A stretch of DNA of 49,653 nucleotides from Candidatus Nomurabacteria bacterium (GTDB taxonomy: Bacteria; Patescibacteriota; Minisyncoccia; Phycocordibacterales; UBA9973). The notes under the pieces are model-generated. The model made no database searches. It was not told the DNA's origin and saw only the letters and a program-made list of their open reading frames with translations. Shown here in pieces: positions 27,217 through 35,527 of the stretch (positions are counted from its first letter, which is position 1; every line of letters starts with the position of its first letter). A program made the translations under genes and the position numbers. Location: contig JAPLXS010000007.1 in NCBI GenBank assembly GCA_026395965.1, forward strand, positions 1 to 49,653. Direction: 5' to 3'.

Positions 27217-27260
27217 TAATAAAAAAACACTATTTAAAATAGTGTTTTTTTATTATGGTG
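27212..27260 (+). terminator. 24-bp perfect palindrome that includes the tRNA-Leu 3' end
   Basis: CACCATAATAAAAAAACACTATTT (27212-27235) pairs with AAATAGTGTTTTTTTATTATGGTG (27237-27260). Confidence 0.6.
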
Positions 27261-27423
27261 CAGAGAGCAATCCGTTGGTACGGCTTGCTCAAGAGGACTC
27301 AAAAAGACTGAGTATATATTTTTTAAATTACTATTTCGAAAACATACGAAGCCTATACCGAACCTACGAATGAGTACATTCGCCTACTAGGTAAGATTCA
27401 AGACTCCTCTCCTCTGTGCACCA
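27261..27423. repeat. tRNA-3'-end-derived repeat (family A copy), ending in a degenerate direct copy of the tRNA-Leu 3' end
   Basis: Hairpin GAGCAATCC...GGCTTGCTC lies at 27265-27290. The core GAACCTACGAATGAGTACATTCGCCTACTAGGTAAGATTCAAG (27360-27402) is the reverse complement of the 39090-39135 units. TTCAAGACTCCTCTCCTCTGTGCACCA (27397-27423) resembles the tRNA-Leu T-loop-to-CCA segment. Confidence 0.7.
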
Positions 27424-27474
27424 CAACAAGATATTTATTACACTTAGCATAAATATTCAAAAATTATTATTTTG

Positions 27475-27546
27475 AGGCCTGGGGCGGAATTGAACCGCCG
27501 CATAGAGATTTTGCAGATCTCTGCCTTACCACTTGGCTACCAGGCC
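27475..27546 (-). tRNA. tRNA-Cys (anticodon GCA), CCA not encoded
   Basis: On the minus strand: GGCCTGG-TA-GCC..GGC-A-GAGAT-cTGCAaa-ATCTC-..-GGCGG-TTCAATT-CCGCC-CCAGGCC-T. The U73 discriminator is typical of tRNA-Cys. Confidence 0.9.
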
Positions 27547-27591
27547 TTATTTAAAACTATAAACTATTTTTACTAAAAACTTAAACATACA

Positions 27592-27652
27592 ATTTTGCAG
27601 AGGTCTCTGACTATATTCATCTCGCTCCGCTCCTGCCACTTGCTACCAGGCC
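27592..27652 (-). pseudogene. Truncated tRNA-Cys 5'-half copy (acceptor to anticodon loop) with a ~23-nt insertion
   Basis: It is part of a ~106-bp tandem duplication that also repeats the 40-nt upstream region (27541-27580 vs 27647-27690). There is no T-arm or 3' acceptor. Confidence 0.7.
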
Positions 27653-27721
27653 TTATCTAAAACTATAAACTATTTTTACTAAAAACTGAAATATATGATT
27701 ACCGAGTCATATTTCAAAATT

Positions 27722-27816
27722 AAATAGTATTTGAGAAATGCATTGCGCAGGCTGGCGAGCCGAGCATAATAAATTTTCAATAGAAAATTATGTGCGCATT
27801 TCGAGAAGAGCTATTT
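27722..27816 (+). repeat. Family B structured interspersed repeat, copy B1
   Basis: 95 nt running AAATAGTATTTGAGAAATGCATTGCGCAGGCTGGCGAGCCGAGCAT...ATGTGCGCATTTCGAGAAGAGCTATTT. Homologous to 45565-45659, 45741-45835, 48048-48142 and 48195-48289. Confidence 0.85.
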
Positions 27817-27837
27817 ATTTTAAAATTATCATTTTAA

Positions 27838-28188
27838 TTAATTGACCCCATCTTCCTTACTTGAACCATGTAATAACAAATCATCAATCTTCTGTCTGTT
27901 TTTTTCTCCTTCATCTATCTCTACATCTAAAAATGGAATTGGATTTATGCGAAGATTTTTTGTTATGTGTTTTCTTAACTCTCCAAGATTTCTTTTTACA
28001 AAGCCATAGGCAGCTTGTTCTTTTTCTCTTGGGAGAACACTTATCATTATTGTTGCTTTTCTTCCATCAGGAGCCATTAGAACTCTTGTGACTGTAATCA
28101 AAGAGGTGATACCAGCTTCACGCTCTATAAATAGAGCAGCAAGTTCTTTTATATTATTCGATATTTTTTCTCCTCGGAATTCTGACAT
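27838..28188 (-). CDS. rbfA: Ribosome-binding factor A
   Basis: Its size, its position downstream of infB and the pattern ITSLITVTRVLMAPDGRKATIMISVL. Confidence 0.8.
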   Translation of the reverse strand: MSEFRGEKISNNIKELAALFIEREAGITSLITVTRVLMAPDGRKATIMISVLPREKEQAAYGFVKRNLGELRKHITKNLRINPIPFLDVEIDEGEKNRQKIDDLLLHGSSKEDGVN

Positions 28189-28191
28189 ATA

Positions 28192-29709
28192 TTATTTGAT
28201 TGAAATTTCAAAAGCTTCTAAAACGTCACCACCTGCAATATCAAGCTTTGTTTCAACTTGAAGACCACATTCATTACCTTCAAGAACCTCTTTAGCCCTT
28301 ATTTTATTTGTCTGTAATTCAACAACCTTTCCAGTTCCTATTTCAAAATCACGACGAATTATGCGTATATTACTACCTAAAGTTATCTTTCCTGTAGTAA
28401 CTTTACCTCCAACTACATGTTTGCCTTTTGTTGATCCAAAAGTTTTTAGAACTTTCAAAGTACCTATCACTTCTATTGTTTCAACTCTTGGACGACGTTC
28501 TTCTACTAGTTCTTTTAACCAGTCAATAAGTTTATATATGATAGTAAATGTTTCAATCTTTATATGTAGAGATTCATTTAGGTCACGGGCACTATTGTCT
28601 ATCTTGGTATTGAAACCAACAATGATAGTATCTTTGTTTACATTACCCATCTTAAGGTCAGATTCATTTATAGCTCCTACTCCTTTACCGATTATTTTAA
28701 ATGAAATTTCTTCGGTATTTAACTTACCGATTTCTTTTTCGATTGCTTCGATAGTTCCCATAACATCGGTCTTGATTATTATAGGAATTATTTTACCAGT
28801 AGGTGCTTCATATCTTTTTGAAATTACTTCAGTTTGATTTGCATTTTTAATTTCATTTACATAATTTTCAGCTTCTTTCTTTGTATTAAATGAATGAAAA
28901 ATACTACCAACATCTGGCATTGATTCAAATCCAACAAGACGAATAGGGGATGAGAAAGTAGCTTCTTTTATAGGCTTACCTAGAAAACTTTCTAAGATAC
29001 GGGTAGTTACTATTGCTTCTCCGCAAGCAACAAACATCCCAGACTTGAGAGTTCCGTCTTTTATGATACAAGTAGCAGATATGCCACGTTGTGGGTCACG
29101 CTTTGCTTCTATTATTACTCCAGTAGCATTTATGGATGGATTTCCTGTAAATCCTTGAAGATCAGCCACAAGTATAATCATACCCAAAAGCTCATCTATT
29201 CCTGTTCCTTCCTTTGCAGATATAGGTACAAATGGAATATCACCACCTAAACCTTCTAGGTATATGCCTTTTTCAACTAAATCCATCTTAGTTTTTTCGA
29301 TATTGGCATTTGGTCTATCTATCTTATTTATAGCTACTATATAAGGTATTTTACTTTCTAGAATAGTATTGTATGCTTCAAGAGTTTGAGCTTTTACACT
29401 GTCTTCGGCAGATACGAGTAAGATAGCGATATCGGCTGCATCGGCTCCACGTGTACGCATCTTTGAAAATGCTTCATGCCCAGGAGTGTCTAAAAATGTA
29501 ATAAGTCTGTTTTCACCCTTCTCGTCTTTACTCACAACTTCATATGCACTTATATGCTGAGTGATTCCACCAGCTTCAGAATCCACAATATTGGACTTTC
29601 TAATATAATCAAGCAAAGTCGATTTACCGTGATCCACATGCCCCATAATAACAACTACGGGTGGGCGTATTTTTTCATTTGAAATTGTTTTTGTATTATC
29701 AGTTGTCAT
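28192..29709 (-). CDS. infB: Translation initiation factor IF-2 (short form lacking the long N-terminal region)
   Basis: G-domain GHVDHGKSTLLD, DTPGHEAF and NKID, plus C-terminal IF-2 domains. Confidence 0.92.
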   Translation of the reverse strand: MTTDNTKTISNEKIRPPVVVIMGHVDHGKSTLLDYIRKSNIVDSEAGGITQHISAYEVVSKDEKGENRLITFLDTPGHEAFSKMRTRGADAADIAILLVSAEDSVKAQTLEAYNTILESKIPYIVAINKIDRPNANIEKTKMDLVEKGIYLEGLGGDIPFVPISAKEGTGIDELLGMIILVADLQGFTGNPSINATGVIIEAKRDPQRGISATCIIKDGTLKSGMFVACGEAIVTTRILESFLGKPIKEATFSSPIRLVGFESMPDVGSIFHSFNTKKEAENYVNEIKNANQTEVISKRYEAPTGKIIPIIIKTDVMGTIEAIEKEIGKLNTEEISFKIIGKGVGAINESDLKMGNVNKDTIIVGFNTKIDNSARDLNESLHIKIETFTIIYKLIDWLKELVEERRPRVETIEVIGTLKVLKTFGSTKGKHVVGGKVTTGKITLGSNIRIIRRDFEIGTGKVVELQTNKIRAKEVLEGNECGLQVETKLDIAGGDVLEAFEISIK

Positions 29710-29723
29710 ATATTTTTTAAAAT

Positions 29724-30170
29724 CTATTTTGTTGCTTTTCCTAGAACATCTTTTTCTTCATCGGTTAATTCAAATTCTGATTTACCATTTATTATTGGCT
29801 TTGCAAATATACTCATACGATCACGAGCATAAAGGCTCGAAATAACTACTCCATTACTTTCATCATTTATAAGAGCTATTGCAAAACTTTGATTTCCTCC
29901 ACCATCTACAAAAGGGTTAAAACGAATTGTTTCGATTCCTCTTATAGACTTACTTAGTCTACTATCGATTACTACTAGATTTTTGTCTATTTTGTTTTGA
30001 GTTTCTTCTATTTTATTTAATTTCTTACCAACAAAGCCTATCATTTCTTCTAAATCACGTGCTTTTGTTCCAGCAAATAATTTTCTAAATCTAAGCTCTA
30101 TAGTTATGATCCATACTAAGTTGATAACAACTGTTAGGGAAATTATATAAATTAAAATAGTAGTATTCAT
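29724..30170 (-). CDS. DUF4446-like membrane-anchored protein
   Basis: One N-terminal TM segment, then ...IRFNPFVDGGGNQSFAIALINDESNGVVISSLYARD. The internal Met (MNTTILIY) is preferred because the track start at 30254 overlaps the divergent gene. Confidence 0.5.
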   Translation of the reverse strand: MNTTILIYIISLTVVINLVWIITIELRFRKLFAGTKARDLEEMIGFVGKKLNKIEETQNKIDKNLVVIDSRLSKSIRGIETIRFNPFVDGGGNQSFAIALINDESNGVVISSLYARDRMSIFAKPIINGKSEFELTDEEKDVLGKATK

Positions 30171-30235
30171 AATCTTGTATGAGTATATACCAATAAGGCT
30201 TTTTTTACAATGCTGTGATATAGTGTAAGCATACA

Positions 30236-31531
30236 ATGATAAAATTTTTACCAAAGAAAAAAATATATTTTGATAATTCTGGCTCGACTCAAGTAGACAA
30301 GAAAGTCTTAAAAATAATGACTACTTGTGAAAAGAAGTATTTTGCTAATCCTAGCGCTATATTTTCTGATGGAGTAAAGGTTCGTAGTCTTATAGATGAA
30401 TCACGAAAAAAGATTGCAAAACTTATAAATGCCCATAATGATGAGATTATATTTACTGGAAGCGGTACAGAAAGTGATGCTCTTGCTCTTTTAGGAGTAG
30501 TAAGAGGTTGGAGAATAAAAAACAAAGGATTACTGCCCCATGTAATAACTAGTAAAATAGAACATCCTGCTATTCTTGAAAATTGTAGACTTCTAGAGAG
30601 TTTAGGTGAGGCCGAGGTTACTTATGTTTCTGTCGATAAAGATGGAATCATAAAACTAGATGAATTAGAAGGTTCATTAAAAGAAAATACTGTTTTAGTA
30701 TCAGTTATGTATGCAAATAATGAAATAGGCACAATACAACCCATACAAGAAATAGCTAAAATAATAAGACGTTTCAGAAAATCAGAAAATGAAAAACAGA
30801 AGCATTTTATAGAGTCCTCGATTGATGCAGGACAAGGTGCTAGACCTTTAAAAAATATTTCTGTTTTTCCTCTTTTTCACACAGATGCATGCCAAGCAGT
30901 AAATTATTTGTTTACAGAAAATATTGAAAAACTTGGTGTAGATCTTATGACCTTTAATAGTTCTAAAATATATGGACCAAAAGGTTTAGGTATTTTATTT
31001 AAAAAAAGAGATATAGAGTTATGCCCTTTATATGGTGGCGGAGGTCAAGAGTTTGGTTTGCGTCCAGGAACTGAAAGTGTTGCACTGATAGCAGGTCTTG
31101 CAGAAGCATTTGATGTTACAAATAAAATTAAACAAAAAGAATCAGACAGACTTACAAAAATTCGAGATTATGGAATTGAAAAATTATTAGCACTTTCTGC
31201 TGTGTCTGGATACAGAATAATTTTAAATGGAGATAAAAATAAACGACTTCCAAATAATATAAATATTTCTATTTTTGGTATTTCTAGTGAGCTTTTAGTT
31301 ATAGAATTATCAGCACTTTCTATTTTTGTTTCAGAAAAAAGTGCTTGCAAGAGTGATGATAGCAATAAATCTTATGTCATAAATGCTATTAGAAAAGTTT
31401 GTCCTAAGGATGGAAGCAAGATAGATGGTTCGCTCAGGGTATCGTTAGGAAGAAATTCAAAAAAGGGTGATATAGATGTATTGGTAAGTGCTATTCAAAA
31501 GATTTTAGATAAATATAGCAAGTGGAAATAG
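30236..31531 (+). CDS. Cysteine desulfurase (class V aminotransferase, NifS/IscS-like)
   Basis: PLP-lysine region FNSSKIYGPKG and the active-site Cys loop SEKSACKS. A ~40-aa insertion precedes HTDACQ. Confidence 0.8.
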   Translation: MIKFLPKKKIYFDNSGSTQVDKKVLKIMTTCEKKYFANPSAIFSDGVKVRSLIDESRKKIAKLINAHNDEIIFTGSGTESDALALLGVVRGWRIKNKGLLPHVITSKIEHPAILENCRLLESLGEAEVTYVSVDKDGIIKLDELEGSLKENTVLVSVMYANNEIGTIQPIQEIAKIIRRFRKSENEKQKHFIESSIDAGQGARPLKNISVFPLFHTDACQAVNYLFTENIEKLGVDLMTFNSSKIYGPKGLGILFKKRDIELCPLYGGGGQEFGLRPGTESVALIAGLAEAFDVTNKIKQKESDRLTKIRDYGIEKLLALSAVSGYRIILNGDKNKRLPNNINISIFGISSELLVIELSALSIFVSEKSACKSDDSNKSYVINAIRKVCPKDGSKIDGSLRVSLGRNSKKGDIDVLVSAIQKILDKYSKWK

Positions 31532-31558
31532 GCTTGAGTATTGTGGTACAATAGTACT

Positions 31559-32122
31559 ATGGATATAAAAGAATTAGACAAAAAACAGCTTATATTACTG
31601 ACATTACTTATCACTTTTGTTGTCTCTATAGCAACAGGTATTGTGACTGTTTCACTTATGAATCAAATGCCAAAGAGTGTTCCTCAAACCATAAATAATG
31701 TTATTCAAAAAACAATAGAGAAAATCACAACAGTGCAAGTGCCCTCAAGTACAACTTCAGAAAATATTACAAATAATCAAGTTGCTACAAAAGAAAATAA
31801 CGGATTGATTTTGGGGAGTAGTGATACTCTTGTAAATATTTATTTAAATAATATAAAAACTCCCAACACTGTCTCTACCGAAGCGGTGAGTACTCCTACT
31901 GAGGTATCTTTAGGTCAAGGTATTATTATTTCTGAAGAGGGGTTGGTTTTAGTTGATTCAAGTTTAGTTAACGATAAAGATCTATATAAAGTTATCTTAA
32001 ATAAAAAAGATTTTAATGTATCTATATTGAAAAAGTTCAACAATGGATTTACAATTTTAAAGATTTCACCAATTTTAGAAAAATCTACAAGTACTCTAGA
32101 TCCTTCCGTTAAAAAACAGTAA
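31559..32122 (+). CDS. Hypothetical membrane-anchored protein resembling only the N-terminal lobe of an HtrA/trypsin-like protease
   Basis: A TM segment, then LGQGIIISEEGLVLVDSSLV...YKVILNKKDFNVSILKKFNNGFTILKI. This parallels GSGFIIs.dGyilTNaHVv...DlAlLKI, but the catalytic His and Asp positions appear substituted and there is no Ser lobe. Confidence 0.45.
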   Translation: MDIKELDKKQLILLTLLITFVVSIATGIVTVSLMNQMPKSVPQTINNVIQKTIEKITTVQVPSSTTSENITNNQVATKENNGLILGSSDTLVNIYLNNIKTPNTVSTEAVSTPTEVSLGQGIIISEEGLVLVDSSLVNDKDLYKVILNKKDFNVSILKKFNNGFTILKISPILEKSTSTLDPSVKKQ

Positions 32123-32168
32123 AGTATTTATGTTTAATTCCTGATTATTAATTCTTAATATATTATAT

Positions 32169-34868
32169 ATGCCCCCATTCAATAATTTTACAACAAAAGC
32201 AAAAGAGGTAATTCGTAAAGCACATGAGCTTGCTATTGAGCGTGGTCAAAATCATGTAAATGCTCTGCATCTTTTAACAGCACTCTTGATACAAGAAGAT
32301 TCAATTGTTATTTCCATATTAGACAAAATGGAAATAGATACTCTTCTTCTCACCGACAATCTTATAGAAATGACAGAATCTCCAGAGAGTCGTACTACAC
32401 TTTCTCCTTCATACCAGATTTATCTTACTCCAGACCTAGCTCAAATTATTGAAAATTCAAGCAAAGTTGCTCAAACTCTTAAAGATGAGTTTGTTTCTAC
32501 GGAACATTTATTTGTTTCTATCCTTGAAATTGCGGGTGAAGCTCGTGAACTTTTGGGCCGTTTTAAAATAAACAAAGAAAAAGTTTTAAATGTTTTAAAT
32601 TTACTTCGTAGTGAAAATGTATCCGAATCAAATTCATCTAAAAAATCAAAACTTCTAGTTAAATTTACACGCAATCTTACTTCTCTTGCCCGTGAAGACA
32701 AACTAGACCCAGTTATTGGTCGTGATACAGAGATAATGCGTATGATGCAGATACTCTCACGACGTACAAAGAATAATCCAATACTGATAGGGGAAGCTGG
32801 CACAGGTAAGACTGCGATAGCAGAAGCTCTAGCTATTCGTATTGCTAAAAATGATGTTCCGGAAAGTTTAAAAGACAAAGAAGTTGTATCTCTTGATTTA
32901 GGTTTATTACTATCTGGGACTAAATACAGAGGAGAGTTTGAAGAAAGATTGCGTGGTATCATGAAAGAAATAGAAAAATCCAATGGAAAGATAATACTTT
33001 TTATAGATGAGATACATACAATAGTAGGGGCTGGATCTTCAGAAGGTTCACTCGATGCTTCAAATATGCTAAAGCCAGCTCTTGCTCGTGGAGAGCTTCG
33101 TGCTATAGGAGCAACCACTCTAAAAGAGTATCAGAAGCATATAGAAAAAGATCCAGCTCTTGCTCGTAGATTTCAGCCTATATATGTAGATGAACCAAAT
33201 ATAGATGATACTATTGCTATTTTGAGAGGATTAAAAGAAAAATATGAATTATTTCATGGTATTAGAATCACAGATGATGCTATCGTTTCAGCTGTAACTC
33301 TAAGTGCAAGATATATAACAAATAGATATTTACCAGATAAAGCGGTAGATCTTATTGATGAGGCTTCTTCTTCTTTACGTTTGGCTCTGGAAAATAAACC
33401 ACAAGTACTAGAAGAAACAGACAGAAAGATTATGCGTTTTGAAGTTGAAAAAGAAGCATTAACAAAAGAAATAGATAGAAACAAAACTATTCAAAATAAA
33501 GTAGCAAAAGCTAGACTAAAGGATATTGAAAAAGAGATAGGAAATTTAAAAGAGAAAACACACGAGTTGGAGCTTAAATGGAAAAATGAAAAAGAAACTG
33601 TTCTTGAAATACGTGAAATAAAAAAAGAATTAGAATCATTTAGATTAGAAGCTGAAAATGCCGAAGCTCGTTCTGAGCTCGGTCATGCAGCAGAGATTCG
33701 CTATGGTCAGATACCAAATTTACAAAATAAATTAGAAACAAAAATATTAAGATTAAAGAAGCTTCAAAAATCACGTCGTATTCTAAAAGAAGAAATTACA
33801 ACCGATGATATAGCCGCAGTTATTTCTCGTTGGACAGGGGTTCCTCTTGAAAAAATGTTAGAAGAAGAGTTGGCAAAATTGGCCAAAATCGAAGACGAAT
33901 TACGTTTGCGTGTAGTTGGTCAAGACATTGCTATAAAGAAGATTTCTGATGTTGTTCGTCGTAGTCGTGCCGGTATCTCAGATCCAAACAAACCAATGGG
34001 TTCATTTATTTTTCTTGGCCCGACAGGTGTAGGTAAAACTGAGCTAACAAAAGCACTTGCTCAATTCATGTTTGACGATGATAAAGCTCTTATTCGTGTT
34101 GATATGAGTGAATACACCGAACGTCATAGTATATCTAAACTTATAGGTTCACCTCCTGGATATGTTGGATATGATGAATCAGGTAACCTAACCGAGGCTG
34201 TTCGTCATCGTCCTTACTCGGTAGTGTTGTTCGATGAAATAGAAAAAGCCCATCCAGAAGTTTTCAATGTATTACTCCAAGTTTTAGATGAAGGTCGTCT
34301 TACTGATTCTAAAGGACGTATAGTTAATTTTAAAAATACTATTATTATACTTACTTCAAATTTGGGTTCAAGTTATATTGAAAAAATGGAGTCACTAGGG
34401 TTTAGTAATAATACGAAAATAGATGAATATTCTCAAACCAAAGACAAGGTTCTAAATGCATTGAAAGATCATTTCAGACCAGAATTTTTGAATAGATTAG
34501 ATGATATAATCGTCTTCGATATTTTGTCACCAGAAGTTATTCGTCATATTGTAGATATTAAAATAAAAATTATAAAAGAGAGAATATACGGAAAGGGTAT
34601 TGTGTTAAATATCTCAGAAGAAGTTTTGTCTTATTTAGCGAAAGAAGGATATAATCCACATTATGGTGCACGGCCATTAGTAAGATTGATACAAGAAAAG
34701 ATTCTAAATCCTGTAGCTATGTTTATGATAGGTAAAGGGGTTAAAAAGGGTGATATAGTAAATGCAACCATGAAAGATGATAATATTGCAATCGAAATGA
34801 AAAAATCTACAACAAGCAAAATATCTTTTAAAGTAGGGATAAATAAAAAAACTGTAAAAATTAAATAA
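32169..34868 (+). CDS. clpB: ATP-dependent chaperone ClpB
   Basis: Clp N-domain, two AAA+ modules (GEAGTGKTA and GPTGVGKTE) and a long coiled-coil M-domain between them. Confidence 0.92.
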   Translation: MPPFNNFTTKAKEVIRKAHELAIERGQNHVNALHLLTALLIQEDSIVISILDKMEIDTLLLTDNLIEMTESPESRTTLSPSYQIYLTPDLAQIIENSSKVAQTLKDEFVSTEHLFVSILEIAGEARELLGRFKINKEKVLNVLNLLRSENVSESNSSKKSKLLVKFTRNLTSLAREDKLDPVIGRDTEIMRMMQILSRRTKNNPILIGEAGTGKTAIAEALAIRIAKNDVPESLKDKEVVSLDLGLLLSGTKYRGEFEERLRGIMKEIEKSNGKIILFIDEIHTIVGAGSSEGSLDASNMLKPALARGELRAIGATTLKEYQKHIEKDPALARRFQPIYVDEPNIDDTIAILRGLKEKYELFHGIRITDDAIVSAVTLSARYITNRYLPDKAVDLIDEASSSLRLALENKPQVLEETDRKIMRFEVEKEALTKEIDRNKTIQNKVAKARLKDIEKEIGNLKEKTHELELKWKNEKETVLEIREIKKELESFRLEAENAEARSELGHAAEIRYGQIPNLQNKLETKILRLKKLQKSRRILKEEITTDDIAAVISRWTGVPLEKMLEEELAKLAKIEDELRLRVVGQDIAIKKISDVVRRSRAGISDPNKPMGSFIFLGPTGVGKTELTKALAQFMFDDDKALIRVDMSEYTERHSISKLIGSPPGYVGYDESGNLTEAVRHRPYSVVLFDEIEKAHPEVFNVLLQVLDEGRLTDSKGRIVNFKNTIIILTSNLGSSYIEKMESLGFSNNTKIDEYSQTKDKVLNALKDHFRPEFLNRLDDIIVFDILSPEVIRHIVDIKIKIIKERIYGKGIVLNISEEVLSYLAKEGYNPHYGARPLVRLIQEKILNPVAMFMIGKGVKKGDIVNATMKDDNIAIEMKKSTTSKISFKVGINKKTVKIK

Positions 34869-34885
34869 CCTGTAAATACTATTAA

Positions 34886-34916
34886 AAAACCCTAGAGAAA
34901 AAATCTAAGGTTTTTT
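34886..34916 (+). terminator. Rho-independent terminator
   Basis: AACCCTAGA-loop-TCTAAGGTT followed by TTTT. Confidence 0.6.
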
Positions 34917-35011
34917 AATATTGGATATAATATGTTGCTGGTTGACAATATACTAGATTATAGTAATGTTTAATTAAATAAATACATTGTTTCACTTTAA
35001 AATTTAATACA

Positions 35012-35527
35012 ATGAAAAATGATTTCAAAAAAGGAGAAACATCTCCTGGTTTAGTTGAGTTTATTGAAAAAATTAAAAAATATAATCATGAATTTTTCAC
35101 AAAAGTTTTAGTAGATACTAAAACTAAAAAAGTTACTTTATTTTCAGGTAAATTCTACTCTTCTATTGATTGTGAAATTGGTAGAAATGGATCTGTCTTA
35201 CTTAAAGATAGTAAAGAAGGAGATGGTAAAACTCCAATTTGTTCTACCCGAGTAAGGCATATAGATATGCCTACATTACGAATAAATAATCATAAATCTG
35301 CTGTTTTTACAAAAACATTAGATTTAAAGATTAATCTTGGTCCTTGTTTTATTTGTTTGTATATTCCAAACATTAAAACAGATAAAATCCGTGGAATAGG
35401 ATTTCATGGTTATTGTGACGATAGAGATGGGTTAGTTCCTACTGATGGTTGTATTAGACTTTCCAATGCAGATTTACTTCTCATAAGAAAATTCTTTTTT
35501 AAAAATCTTAAAATTTTCATTGTATGA
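35012..35527 (+). CDS. L,D-transpeptidase (YkuD) catalytic-domain protein with no evident signal peptide
   Basis: GIGFHGYCDDRDGLVPTDGCIRLSNADL matches the YkuD H-G...(S/T)xGC(I/V)R(L/M) active-site motif. Confidence 0.6.
   Translation: MKNDFKKGETSPGLVEFIEKIKKYNHEFFTKVLVDTKTKKVTLFSGKFYSSIDCEIGRNGSVLLKDSKEGDGKTPICSTRVRHIDMPTLRINNHKSAVFTKTLDLKINLGPCFICLYIPNIKTDKIRGIGFHGYCDDRDGLVPTDGCIRLSNADLLLIRKFFFKNLKIFIV

Noticed and set aside
27261-27423. Possible intron-containing or unusually long tRNA ending in ...GTGCACCA
   Set aside because: The T-stem cannot pair (AAGA-TTCAAGA-CTCC). The putative 5' acceptor (GCAGAGA) does not match the 3' strand. No D or anticodon arm can be drawn. It is better explained as degenerate tRNA-Leu 3'-end fragments.
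32471-33118. Long antisense ORFs in the track (e.g. 32471-33118, 28361-28837, 2193-2588, 41405-41845, 43746-44054)
   Set aside because: They lie opposite well-supported conserved genes (clpB, infB, ileS, rsh, topA), have low-complexity Ser/Ile/Phe-rich translations and match no known motifs. They are shadow ORFs typical of AT-rich DNA.
35524-35527. Alternative genetic code (UGA recoded, as in some CPR lineages)
   Set aside because: All recognised proteins are full-length under the standard code. TGA terminates the first ORF (270-272) and the YkuD-like gene, the latter in an ATGA overlap with the next start. There are no in-frame TGA interruptions in conserved genes.
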